Assembly (NCBI GenBank): GCA_002633005.1 | Contig: NMRA01000092.1 | Span: forward strand, 649,170 to 713,169 | DNA from: Phoronis australis | Lineage: Eukaryota; Animalia; Phoronida | Direction: 5' to 3' | DNA: 64,000 nucleotides | Shown here: one piece after another, positions 10,339-22,532 of the stretch | How positions within the stretch are numbered: position 1 is the first letter of the stretch | How the letters are laid out: every line of letters starts with the position of its first letter | Program-made: the position numbers and the translations under genes | Notes under the pieces: model-generated | Database searches by the model: none | What the model was told of the DNA's origin: nothing | The model's input: only the letters and a program-made list of their open reading frames with translations

Positions 10339-13300
10339 CTGCAGAACCAAATGGAAACATTCCTATTAATTATTACTGAGTTGAAACAACAACTTGAATA
10401 CCATCAGCACATTTCCAAAACATTGCGTTTTTACTGTATAACGAAGCAACAAAACTAATGCCTCAGTCAGGCAATGAGTATTCTTGCAGAAGCATATTGC
10501 TATTAGAAATTTCACACAATATATGCTTAACATAACAAATGCTCTTAAAAGGGGATTTTCCTTAATTAAGATGCCTTCATGGCAAACTTCAGTTCAATAT
10601 TCTTGCAAGAAGTCTGGCATTACGAATTAAGAAATCCAAAGGCTTGAAAAAAGTATTTGTGTGTAGCTTGCTATATAATAATCCCATGACGGTTTTACAA
10701 TGACATCACAAAAAAGAAAGTTCTTCTAAACATAGAACTACTGAAACAGAATAAGAATAAAACTAAGTGTTAGCATAACATAACTATGTGTAGAAATATA
10801 AAAACGTATAAATTAGGAAGAAAATATGATAAAGAAATAAAAAAACAAAAAAATTACTCCCAAACTGAATGAGAAACGTATAACTGCGTAAATGACATCA
10901 CAAACAAATAAAGAAAAACCAGAGAAAAAAACCACAAGCAAATATACCAAAAATGCGACCCAAAACAACCGACAGTCTGTTTTTAAAACCTAATAACAAT
11001 AACTAAGGAATAAGAGCATCGCAACCAGGAAAAAATCATTCAGTAAAATTTGTAAACTGACAAACGAATGTCTCCAACAAGTTGGTAGTATTTTGGCAGT
11101 AAACCTGTATTTTACTATAGGGACAAGTACTGTGTAATGTATTCATTCGAGTTACATGTTGTTCATATACTCGTTGGTTGGTGTGAAAAACTTCTAAAAA
11201 CAAAACAATAACAAAGGATCAGAGCAGTGACGAACAATGATTTACGTCCAACAGTGGACTAACAGACAGATTTTATAACATGATACTAGCCACCTAGTGG
11301 CAGTGTCAAGTACCACGTACATGGCTTCCTTAAAAGTCACAAGAACATAAAATGAAACAATTAAAAGTTTATAAAAATATCAAAGCTTTCTGTCACTTGA
11401 TTATCATGTGATAGAGGAATAGATATCCAATAATGAATATACTGGAAATTTCTGAACAAACACAGGACCATCCATATCTCCATCCACAGGCCAATATTTA
11501 GAAAATATAACAAGTTTAGGCTTGGACTTACTTTTGAAATGTTTAAGTTAAAAAAGTGAACTGATATAATAGCTTCCTGACATGAATAGTGCCTGGCGTT
11601 GAGAGACTGAAGAATTGTGCCAACGATAGCCACAAAAGCAGATAAAAATTAAATCAGAGTAGAACAGGGTGAGGTTACTTCAAGGATTTGTTGTTTATAC
11701 GCTCCATTTCCAACACATCACCCAGACATAATTTCAGAATACTGTAGACTTCTTAGGATTTCCTCTCAGAAATTCCCAGTATGCAAAAAACTTTTACACA
11801 TTCATAGCTTGAGACAAATTTTTGTGCAAGGTAACACTAAGATATTATATTAGTAGCTGTTATGATAGCTTATTTCAGTCATTTCACAAGAGTTATAGAC
11901 ATAAGCCTTAGAAGTCATGGTAAAGAGGAAGGCTCAGAAGTCGAGATGGCAGCAGTTGACAGCAGCAATCACTTCAGCAGCCATGTTGGTTAGTGGCGGC
12001 CATCTTGATTAGGTAGAGCAGACAGACGATTACAGCAGGTCAAAGATAGTAGCCAATGTCAGATGAGTGACGCATATCCAGGGGGTGATTTGTGTGCAAT
12101 AGTGCTCATTATTGTGCCGATCAGGACAAGAAGGAAACAGAAATGAAGTTACATAGACAGAGCAGTTTAAGAGATACGACTAATACCTTGGGTTATCCCA
12201 TTTTAAAAAATGGCAGATTTCAAATGTTTTGATTTAATTTGCAATTCTCACAAAAACTTGAGTGGTGAAATACACGCAAGTTTTTGTAACAATGAAATGG
12301 CCATTTTGGCACATGTTTGCATGCTGAGACCATTACAAAGTTTGAGGATGTCCAGTTTGTATTGAAAACTACTATACGTTACATGGTCGTAATAACCATT
12401 TTCCCAAAAACCTGCAACATAATCACTAGGTGGCGATAGAGTCATTGCTGGACAGTAAGCTGTGGAATTTTCATTATTATTAAAATGCAGCAAAATTTTG
12501 CAGGCTTTTTAACAAATTCTTTACAATCATCATCTTGTCAGATTACCACTTTCTAGCAGCAGGACACTTCAAAAGAGTAGTACAAAGGTTCCAAATTCTC
12601 AAAATATCTGTGAATGAAAGAAATTGCATTTCGGCCAATTAACTCTACTCGTCTTGCACACCAGCAAAAAAAGGTCACGCGAAAAATATTTATGTTTACA
12701 CAACACTAAAGAGTTGCATGTTGAATTATTTCTATTAGATGCACCGAATAATCCCGGAAATGTCCAAAATGTTATGGACATGACCAAACAACAGATACGC
12801 CCCCAAATACGGTCCGTATAAAAAGTTTCAGTCACACATCTCAGAAAAGGTCTGGGTGAGAATCCTCAGGACAATGTCAAAAAATCTGAGCAGTGTGGTT
12901 AGGCTCACTATCTACCATCAAATGTAACAATGCCATGGATATTTAATGGATTTACTAAGCTTAAAAGCAAACAGTCGAGGGACCAGGATGTAATCTCAAC
13001 TCGAAACTTAACCAATCATGCCGCACCATTAGAGTACAAACCTGTAACTTTACTCGGAGTGTGTCATGCAATTGGTCAATTTTCGAGTCAAATTTCGAGC
13101 ACAGAGATTACACCTCGTGCCCAGGTGACCACATTTATGGTTATCTCTTCAAAGAACAGGATTTTCTTCCACACAAAGAGACAACGGGAAAATGGTGAAC
13201 TATGGGTGAACAACCACAACACCGGGGTGACGTCCCAGTGGAAGTTTTTGATGAGTTATAAATAGAAAGCGTGCTAATTTCTCATCACATATAAGGATGA

Positions 13301-13660
13301 ATTCAAGGAGATAAGGAACCTAACTGATGACTGAAAATCAAGTATGATAATCACAACTGATAAATAAATGGCGTAGAGGGAACACAGTCATGTTGACGGT
13401 AGCAGGAATTTACAAAGAAGCGAAACACAAGGTTCGTAGGCATTCAGAAAATTGATGATAGTTGAGTGGTTTTCAAAATAAATATGGGGCAATCTTTTGG
13501 GACAATTTTTCAGCTAACAATTGAAAACTACTAACAAAGTGCAGTGACTGATTGGGAAATTCTCAGGAAGTTGAATATACATATTGCCTGTCGCTCGAAC
13601 TTCCACAAAACATGAACTTTACTTGTTGAGATGTCTCATGAAGTTCCTGAAATGTCTTAC

Positions 13661-13694
13661 CAGCTGTCCGGTAAATATATTTCAGTTGTGTCTC
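13661..13694 (-). CDS. INPP5A: INPP5A putative 34-nt cassette exon
   Basis: gattttgcttctcag|GAG ACA CAA CTG AAA TAT ATT TAC CGG ACA GCT G|gtaaga. Phase 0 in and phase 1 out bridge the donor at 15720 to the acceptor at 10338. Confidence 0.55.
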
Positions 13695-15060
13695 CTGAGA
13701 AGCAAAATCATCACACAGTCATTTATTTGAATGTAATGACTGGCAACATGTCATTCAACGATGAACACCTCAGGTGTATAGATACAACCTACATGAGATT
13801 TAATGCGTAACATCTACATCACTTAGTGACAAAACCAATAACAATGGTTTTCACCAGGCGATGAAAAACAGGTTTCCTTTAGTCTCTTTGCATACAGTTT
13901 AGCCAGTTATTTAATTCCCTTCTCACTAAAGAAGTAAACAACCGACCCAGAAATGTTTATAACTGACTAATGCTATCGTGGATTACCTATTTCCTGAAAC
14001 TTGTACCAAGTTGAAGGAGATCCAGTTTCAAAATCCTTAACTGACTTTTGTACCCATGCACAATTTTTTACAACAAATCTGATTTAGCAAAACATTGCTG
14101 TTAACCATATGAATGAAACTGTCCCTACGTGCAAGCCTTTTCAAATAGATGAATTGTAACTACCAATGGTAGTACACGAAAACAAAATACTATTGACTTC
14201 CGAAACCAAAGAAGTGCATTGCATTTTGTCTAGGCGTGTGAGCGATAAATTCAAGCGAAAACTGCATTTCCTCAGTGTTTAGCTGCCAAAAACTTAATTA
14301 AGCCATTTAAGATCATAAAATCAGTCTCATAATAACCCTTACAGTGATAGGACTTTACTTTCATTAACCACAAAACCATGAGCAACTCGAGAAAACGGTT
14401 CAGAGTTTACTGAGGGTGGTCAACCCTAAAATTGCTTTAATTCAAAATAATGCACCTACGCATTGCCTGTAACTTGAGTTGCCTGCTCATTCAGCAACAA
14501 TTCAACACCGAATAAGCACGGTAATGTTTTCAAACCCCAAAGTATTTCGGTTATGAATTCAACATTGACAGCTAAAAAGCATTAAAATGCCCGTCTAAAT
14601 CGATGGACCAATAAAAAGGTCAGAAAATGGATTCATGTTCAATGGCAACTCACAATTTGTTAACTCTCAAATTTTTCAATAAGTCTCGTCACACCCTTTC
14701 TCGTGGCTGGTTTGGTGCTCTTTGCAGGTCTAAGTCACATCAACTTTGCTTTTTTCACGTACGCAAGACAAATATTTGCCAGTGATAACTTGGCTCGGCA
14801 AATTTCCCCCCATTTTATCACAGAATTTCAGGCAAGTTTTGTTACGGAATATCACCATGTTACGGGGAATCCAGTTTCTGAAAGATGCAAGGTAGCAAGG
14901 AATCACCAATATCCAATAAGCCGACAGTCAGGGTACAGGCGACCTAAACATATAACTAGACACCGAAGAAAAAGAGTCTTGACATACTAAGATACTACTA
15001 TGGAGGGGAAAAGAAGAAACGAACTTACAACACCAAGCATGCAGCAGGTAGAGGATGAAA

Positions 15061-15789
15061 TCATAAAATGGCACATCTACAGGGACAGACCACACCAGTG
15101 TCAGCGGAAAGAACGGACAAGCGCTTCTGTAACCGTGCTGTCTTATTCGGCTCACATTCATTGCGGCGGCCATTGTGGTCAACCCCTTCATTTATATCTA
15201 TGGTGACATGCTCCACATTTTGATTGGTTTTGTCTTCCAAATACGTCATGGAACCATGGTTTTCACCATGCGAAGTGATTTTAGAGGGGGGAGACGTAGT
15301 GCAAGACACCTGTGCAGCATGCTGTGAGGGGCTCACTGAGGGCTGATCGGCAGCATGATTACCATTCATGCACTCGTCACCGCCTCTAGGCACCGTCAAA
15401 CTCTGACCTGCTGTACTTGGACAGTTGACAATTATTTCTGTGTGAACGTCACTCGCATCAACGTCATCCTCAGTTTCCGATTCCGAGGAGCTATGGTGAC
15501 GTTTCTTGTTTCTCCACTTCTTTACTACCTTTCCTGTTACCATGACCTCCTTGGCAGCTGCTTGAAATGTTAGACTACCCTTACGTCGGAAAGCGTCACG
15601 CAGCTCCGGCCGGATTTCCTCTTCGTTCTCAAAGGTGGCGTAGTTGTGAATGTCGATTTCCTCGAGGTCAGATGTGGCAATCTTCTCGCCGTTGATGGAA
15701 ACGACCCTCCTGGCCTTTACCTTGGTGTTGTTATTGAGATGTTCTATCGTGACATCATCACGTTTAAGATGGAAACTCAAGTACACGGG
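15061..15789 (-). CDS. INPP5A: INPP5A exon 14, long terminal form with C-terminal extension and CaaX box
   Basis: gtttgcag|CCC GTG TAC TTG (PVYLSF; human PVFLAF, completing the DHKPV motif). Open for 242 aa to ...VVCPCRCAIL*. Internal donors at 15720 (AAG|gtaaag) and 15095 (CTG|gtgtgg). Confidence 0.88.
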   Translation of the reverse strand, partial: PVYLSFHLKRDDVTIEHLNNNTKVKARRVVSINGEKIATSDLEEIDIHNYATFENEEEIRPELRDAFRRKGSLTFQAAAKEVMVTGKVVKKWRNKKRHHSSSESETEDDVDASDVHTEIIVNCPSTAGQSLTVPRGGDECMNGNHAADQPSVSPSQHAAQVSCTTSPPSKITSHGENHGSMTYLEDKTNQNVEHVTIDINEGVDHNGRRNECEPNKTARLQKRLSVLSADTGVVCPCRCAIL

Positions 15790-16240
15790 CTGCAAACATA
15801 AAGTGTAACAAAATTGTTGACTTGATCCTAAGCCAATCTGATATACCAATACGCGATCACAAGCAATAAACAAACAGCCTTGCATTTTATGCTATTCAAA
15901 TCAGCCATCCAAATACTACAGCCCTCACTTTTAGCGGTCAGTCTATAAATCTAGAAAGCATGTTATATCTTCTGAAATGTCAGTGTCTGTAAGTTACTTC
16001 CACATAATATGAAATTGCATTATTAAATTACATAACAGCAACAACCACAAATCAACCTAACCTTGGGCAACTGCAACTCATAGCTGATTGGCTGGAGTAT
16101 TCGTGAGTCCAGACAAAGGATAGTTTCTCCATCCTGAATGCAAGTTTACAATTACCTTTACATCAGAACAATAGAGACAAACATCATGAACAGTAGTTGT
16201 CAGTTAGATAATCAGTACATTACCCGCTATTTGAAGTTAC

Positions 16241-16306
16241 CTTGTGATCCCCCATGCAAGTTTTATGGCCAATGATGTGATACACTGGTTTACTGTAAGG
16301 AAATTC
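16241..16306 (-). CDS. INPP5A: INPP5A exon 13
   Basis: ctttttcag|EFPYSKPVYHIIGHKTCMGDHK|gtaact. Carries 5-phosphatase motif 2 (GDHKPV). Confidence 0.95.
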
Positions 16307-16457
16307 CTGAAAAAGTAGGATAATTAATACATTATAATGAACAGATATCATAAGCCACATTATATTGTCGTGATTAAAGTTATGTAGAACCCAAAAAAAA
16401 TATCAAAATCTGGCAAGATATGGAACACTATATCTGAGAAATGACTGGTTGGATTCC

Positions 16458-16495
16458 TGATACTCTCAGATACTCTCAGATACTCTCAGATACTA
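16458..16495. repeat. 10-bp tandem repeat x ~3.6
   Basis: (gatactctca)n. Confidence 0.85.
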
Positions 16496-17006
16496 TCCTT
16501 AGCCACTGTTCTCCAAAATGCTGTTAGGTATTATCTTTAAACCGTCCCACTTCTGCATGAGACTAATAAAAATAGTACTTTTAGGATTTTTTTAAGAAAA
16601 CAATGAAAATTGGAAGAAATGAAAATGAAATAACTTAGAAATATATAACAGCGTTTTTGAGATTTCATCTCAAGCATTAACGTTGAAAAAAATGAAATTT
16701 AGCTGCACTATTGATAATGCTGTTTTGCTATGAAAGTGCATTTTCTTATTTCCTTTGATAAATTTTACTAAAAACACATGGTCATGTGACCTAATTCATG
16801 ACAGATAGGAATAAAATTCTATAATAGACCACGTAGAAACAACAAATGGCGGAGCTTAAAATTCCTGAGGCTCTACACATCAGTTGGTGCAAGCCCAATC
16901 TCAATAGGCATCTGGCACACCACAGGTTGTCATTGTTGTTCTAGTTTATTGTCACTCCTTGTAACTGACTGTATCTGCGCTTCACTACTTGTTGTTGGGC
17001 CCAACT

Positions 17007-17485
17007 CAGGCCTTTATGCAGCGTATGTCCTGGGCGTCCAAATGGACACCCTAGCACTAATATGGACGCCCTGGCAAGGACGCCCAATATATCATTTGGA
17101 CGCCCACTGTCAATAGGAACCTTTCAAGTTTGGACTCACACATTGTATTGAATACTAGGATGCCTCTGAAGGCTCACAGTGGGGGTTGTTTTTCAAAGCA
17201 GAAAGAAATATACTTTGTATATACAATGTTGCTATGCTCACACTTGGTTGATAGCATTGTAAAAGTCTTGGTCTACAGATTTTTTTAGTAAAAATGCTCA
17301 CTATAGAAGACTGTTTTGTAAACTTACCAATGTAAAAACGTTGGTCTATGCATTTTTTTTGTAAAAAATGAGTGTCTGGGGGGATTGCTGGGGGTGGGGG
17401 GTTACGCGTCAGAATCATGGACGCCCTGGAATATTGGGAACCCCATTTTGCACACCCTATTTTCGAAATCCTGGATAAAGGCCTG
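17007..17485. mobile_element. hAT-type MITE
   Basis: TIRs caggcctttatgcag / ctggataaaggcctg, with an 8-bp target-site duplication gcccaact (16999-17006) / gcccagct (17486-17493). Confidence 0.8.
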
Positions 17486-18866
17486 GCCCAGCTAGGTAGG
17501 TGGCCACTATGTTCTCTCTTCTGATGATGGTGTTTAAATGGACGATACAGAACGAAACATGCCAAGTAATTTTAAAACCGTAGTTGTTTTCATTAATATA
17601 TGCTGCTACTTGCTATCACGGAGAAAATTCTACAGGCTTTCTACTTTCAAAAAAATTTCACCAAGTTGAAATCTATAGTACTGTAGACATTTGGTTAAAT
17701 ACAGACTCATCCAGACTTGACCTGGAACAAATATGATTCCTTAAATTTACCCAACGGAAAAAACACAGATTTGTAGTGTTTTGACGAACATGTTGTTGAA
17801 ACTTGTTTTAGGCTCCGAATCTAATTTAGTTTAAATTGAGTCTGACTGATGCTGCCACCTTTTGGCAATATTGTTGTATGATACCGCTGCCTGTTGGCAA
17901 CCTTGATTCTTAAATCAGAATACATTTTGTCATGAAGGTGCATGGATGTGTTTTATTCCTGTCTTGTCTAGTATTCTCGTCTCTAGTTTCAACATTCGCG
18001 GTCACTTCTTCAGTCGTAGACGCACGTGAACTCTTATTAACTTTTTTCAATAACTAGATATTATTTTTGGAAACATGAGTAAATGTCAACTGTTTATCCC
18101 AAAACTGAATGTCTCGACATAACTTACTTCAATAGTCATTGATGTTTGTAAGTCAGATATTTCAAATTCCAAATCTAACTTCAGCACGTCATTTGAAGTT
18201 TGTAGTAGCACCAAAATTCTTTACCTACATACAACATGATATAGCCAACACGTGAAAGAAATTAATTTTTGTAGTTTACAGTCAGCTTGGTCAATACTGT
18301 GCAGACATTAAGAAACATTCGGTAAGTTTCCCTTATTTGCTACAAAGTACAGCAAAATCAGGAAAAATGTCAAAATTGCACTTTTTACCAATTTTAAAGG
18401 GTTTCTAACATTGTGTGAATGTCCACTAATTTCCAGAAATTTGTCTGTTTGCAGCTATGACAAAGAACTTGAATATGGCTAAGCATCGTTATTGTTCTTT
18501 ATCTCATTCACGAAAAAATGAAAAAATAAAATTTCACCTGTTCGCCATATGGTGTCCTAAATCGGTGAGATTTTTACAAAATCAGCCAATGAAAAATAGA
18601 AAAATCACAATTTTGACAATTCTTTGCGTGCAAAATAAGTGAAGGAAAAAGAGCAGTAGCGCTGCATTGGCTGTGACAATGACAAGAGATTTTTGATTTC
18701 GTCCGAAAAAATACGAAGGTGAGTTATAAAAAATAGTAACGAGACAGTAAGAAAAACAAGACTGCCCGTAATATCATAAATAAAGGCAAAATTTCCATAA
18801 CAATTACTACCAATCCATAGAGGTAAACAGGTCTGCAGTACTACTACTAGTAGATGGCCACCTCAC

Positions 18867-18978
18867 CTGCGCAATCAGCTCCTTGGCCGCATGTGTGAGC
18901 AGTATACGGTCGCACCAGGCTGGGCAGCGAGAGTAATTATAGTGAACACCATCGTTGATATCTTCACTGAATGGATAA
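18867..18978 (-). CDS. INPP5A: INPP5A exon 12
   Basis: ttgtag|...YPFSEDINDGVHYNYSRCPAWCDRILLTHAAKELIAQ|gtgagg. Carries the signature PAWCDRIL. Confidence 0.97.
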
Positions 18979-19705
18979 CTACAACAAATATGATATTCAC
19001 TTGAACCATCAAATAGATTGCTTTATGACACTGGCTAATTCTTGTACAACATTGGAGAATGATTTTCATTTCAAATAACAGATCACAGATTAATAAGAAA
19101 AATGTTTTTTTTGCACTGCCCTTTTGTTATTCATTAAAGAAGAAACTTCTTGTGTTAGATTGTAGACAACAACTAAGCATATTTCACAGTCCCAACAACA
19201 CAGCATAAGCGCCATCTAGTGACATGCAGCTCAGTAATCACGATCTTGATATTGGCACTTTTGAGGTAAAGTTGCTAATTTTTACTTGAAACTTTTCAAA
19301 CTAAATTAGCTCACAAACGAAGTCAGTGAACCTTATTTTATGCGTATGTTATAGAAAACCTCAAAGGCATCAAAATAGGACATAAAAGAAAAAATGTAAT
19401 AATGATGTAACTTTTCATTTAGAAGCCAAAATGCTAAACACTTTGCTCAGGCACTAAACTCGTTAACTAAATGATTGAAATAACACAAGAATGCTCAGGT
19501 ACTTTCCACTCAGTTCTCATTATTGCTCGATATCAAACGGAAAGCTGAAATGTAGACACATTATCTAAAACACCGCGCACTCGTAATGTGGCCGTTCGAA
19601 GTAAATGTACCCCAACTTGCAGATGGATTAGCACACACTCTGAACGGAATGAAGTACTCAAAATCTAGGAAAAAAATTTACTTACGCCGACACATGAAAA
19701 TTATA

Positions 19706-19943
19706 CAGTTAGACGAACTTACCTTAAGTGAAGGATGACTGTAATTTTATGTATCCCCAGAATTCCCCCAGAGTGCTAACATGAGATACGGACATGCGCA
19801 AAGCGGACCATTCTTTAAAGCTCTTCTGTGATCAAGAGAGTGCTAACAGGGTGGGATGTGGAGGGCATGTTAGCACTCTGGGGGAATTCTGGGGATACAT
19901 AAAATTACAGTCATCCTTCACTTAAGGTAAGTTCGTCTAACTG
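19706..19943. mobile_element. young Tc1/mariner-type MITE
   Basis: Perfect 78-bp TIRs starting CAGTTAGACG, flanked by TA on both sides. The perfect inverted match extends over 19701-19783 / 19866-19948. An assembly N lies at 19949. Confidence 0.75.
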
Positions 19944-20790
19944 TATAANTTATATAGAAGACGATCACGTGTCCAGTCCACAGCTCTGCACAAGTGCGTC
20001 GTCAAGAACAAAAGTAGTCTTTCTTGTTATGATTATAGATTACCATCTTCTCAGACATTACTTCATTTACCTACACCACCCATCATTTTTTAAAGATTTA
20101 TGTATAAACACACACATAATATTAAGTCACTTAAAGTTAAATAGGGCTTTACTGACAGGTGTGTGCAATTAGCCGCATGTCTACAAAACTGTGGATTTCA
20201 ACTCAATAAAGTATACATTTTCTGAAAGCAGAAAACCTATAAAGTTTGATTTTTGACTTTTTACCAATCGGCCATTAATTGGATTATGTGACCATGTCTT
20301 TTTAGTAAAATTTCAAAAAAGAAAGGTACACAGATGTCAAAACAACAGTTCTAATAACATGATCATTTTATTTTCTATAGATGTTCGAGGTTTAAGTACT
20401 CCATAGTATTGTTTTGTTTTCGTTTTATGCAACTTTCGATTTTTTCATGAAGATTACAAAAGTCCTATTTTTGATAGTCAAACATGCAAATTAAAGTTGG
20501 GCCATTTTAAAAAAGAATTCAGTTCTGTACGCATGAGGTTCAAAGCAGGCTATGACCACAGTGCTTCCTGTCAACAATCGTGTGATCTGCTGAAAACAAT
20601 GACAACAGGAGATCACCTCACTTTTTTAAACAGGGAAGACGGCAAATAAACCACTCAGGCCAAGAAAAGTAATTGAATCGAATCAAATCAAATTAGTGGA
20701 ACCAACCATCACTTAAAAAGCACCATAATGGAAATTAAACTAGACTAGAGACTTTGTCCATCACCGTCCACATGAATAGTAGATACTTAC

Positions 20791-20864
20791 GTTGGAGGAA
20801 ACCCAACTTCATATTCATGAACCCTGGACAGAAATGGCTTCAGTTCAGTGTCATACATCAGCAC
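20791..20864 (-). CDS. INPP5A: INPP5A exon 11
   Basis: tttcag|VLMYDTELKPFLSRVHEYEVGFPP(T)|gtaagt; human LLEFDKELSVFKDRLYELDISFPPS. Confidence 0.95.
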
Positions 20865-21965
20865 CTGAAACATCAAACGGACTCAAATAACACACTGTTC
20901 AGTGAACTGACCTGAACCAGGAATGAACAGTTGACTCTGTGTAATCAAACACTACTGAACAGTTGACCCTGTGTGGTCAAACACTATTAACTCAGGAAAT
21001 ACCCCAAGCATGACAGAGACCAAAGTAGTAGTTACCGATGATCAGTTCCTAGTTTTGTAATAGAAATCACAAAGTAAAAGCGATTCAGTTTTTATGTTTG
21101 GAGATAATGATCGAAATTAAGTTGCAAACCTTGTGTACTGACAACAGACAAAGACAGTTATGCGTTTGTAAAGATTTAGTCCACATGGTATAAATATGAT
21201 GTTCAAAGTCAAAAAGTAGAATACCAAATGCAGTATGACTTCAACCAGTACAAGGCAAAAGTAATCAGGAAAAAAAAATGTTTTCCAGTAATGACAGCTA
21301 ATTGGGTTAACAGCAAAAATGACTGGCAATAACTACAAAATCACCAAAGTTCCAAAAACGCTTTGCCACCTTACTGACGTTCCTGAGAATTCTCCTTCAT
21401 TCTCACTCACAAGGGGAGACTACTTCGACGATGAATTCCGCTTCCACCCAGCCGTCATGAAGGAGAATTCCTTGTTCTTTTATCTAAATATGTTTGGCTT
21501 GTACTGTACCATACTGGTGTGGCCCACCTATTCTACGACTCACTCCAACCACAGTTCAATCGTAATATTAACAGAAAGTGAAATCCAGGTGATGCTCGAT
21601 ACAATTTTGAAGATTTGAAATAAGTACCTCCACAGAAATGTTATTTCATTAACAAAATCCACTGCCCATTCATTATCAATAAATGTGACAATACCATATT
21701 TTTCAATCTGTAACCCTTTTCAACTTAAGAGTTATGTAGCTAAAAATGGAATGAAATATTTAATAAAATTAACAGCCCACACACCGGGTAAGACCGTTTA
21801 CGGTTCCCTAAATACATCAAGGGAATCCAATTTGGTCAGTCCTAGCACAATCAACGAGTATTTTTTGCCATTCTTTTGATTCATATCCATTTCACAAATT
21901 TGTGACAAAATGTTTCGATGGCCCTTCAGGTGTGTTTCAGAGCTGAGTATTGGCCAACCACTCAC

Positions 21966-22130
21966 ATCCTTGCCATTCTCGTTGAAGAACAAGTCACTAT
22001 GTCTGTGGTGCTGGAATAATTTCTTCTCCACTGTCAGGATGTCCTCCTCTGCATTCTTCAGCGTTAACCTCGTCAGCTCGTTATTCTTTTTACTCCGCTG
22101 AAGTTCTTTATTCAACATTTCACCAAAGTT
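21966..22130 (-). CDS. INPP5A: INPP5A exon 10
   Basis: ttaacag|NFGEMLNKEL...ILTVEKKLFQHHRHSDLFFNENGKD|gtgagt; human VMLQLEKKLFDYFNQEVFRDNNG. Confidence 0.92.
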
Positions 22131-22532
22131 CTGTTAACAACAGACTGAACATCTCACGAGCAAGAAAACTCAAAGTCACAACTAACCAATTTAGGACACA
22201 TTACAGCAGACAGTTGAAATTTTATTTTCTCATTTTTTTCCAAGTTTTGTATAATATCCACCATCACACAAAATTTTGAAAACTTCTGGCCAATGACAAC
22301 CATATAATAAGACTTTGAAGAATGATAAAAGGACAATTTCGGTAATTATTTTTGTCCGAAATTGGCGACATATTACAGTATTCCGAATTTACTCTACATT
22401 TCCAAATATCGCGGCGCCATGGCAACCGTCTTCTAAATATTTTGGCTTTCATCTCGAATCTTTGGGGTGCAGGAAAACTGTCCCAAAAATCATTAGGTCA
22501 ATGCAATTGTATATAGTAGTATGAATGTCACA

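Noticed and set aside
11930-12130. GC-richer patch as a further INPP5A alternative exon
   Set aside because: No convincing acceptor/donor pair, and all frames close quickly.
15790-15885. N-terminal part of the 274-aa ORF as a stand-alone gene start
   Set aside because: It is intron sequence upstream of the exon 14 acceptor. Homology begins at PVYLSF.
17500-17565. Hammerhead-like CTGATGA...GAAAC (similar cores near 6530 and 61107)
   Set aside because: Stems I and II cannot be formed, or GAAA is missing or misplaced.
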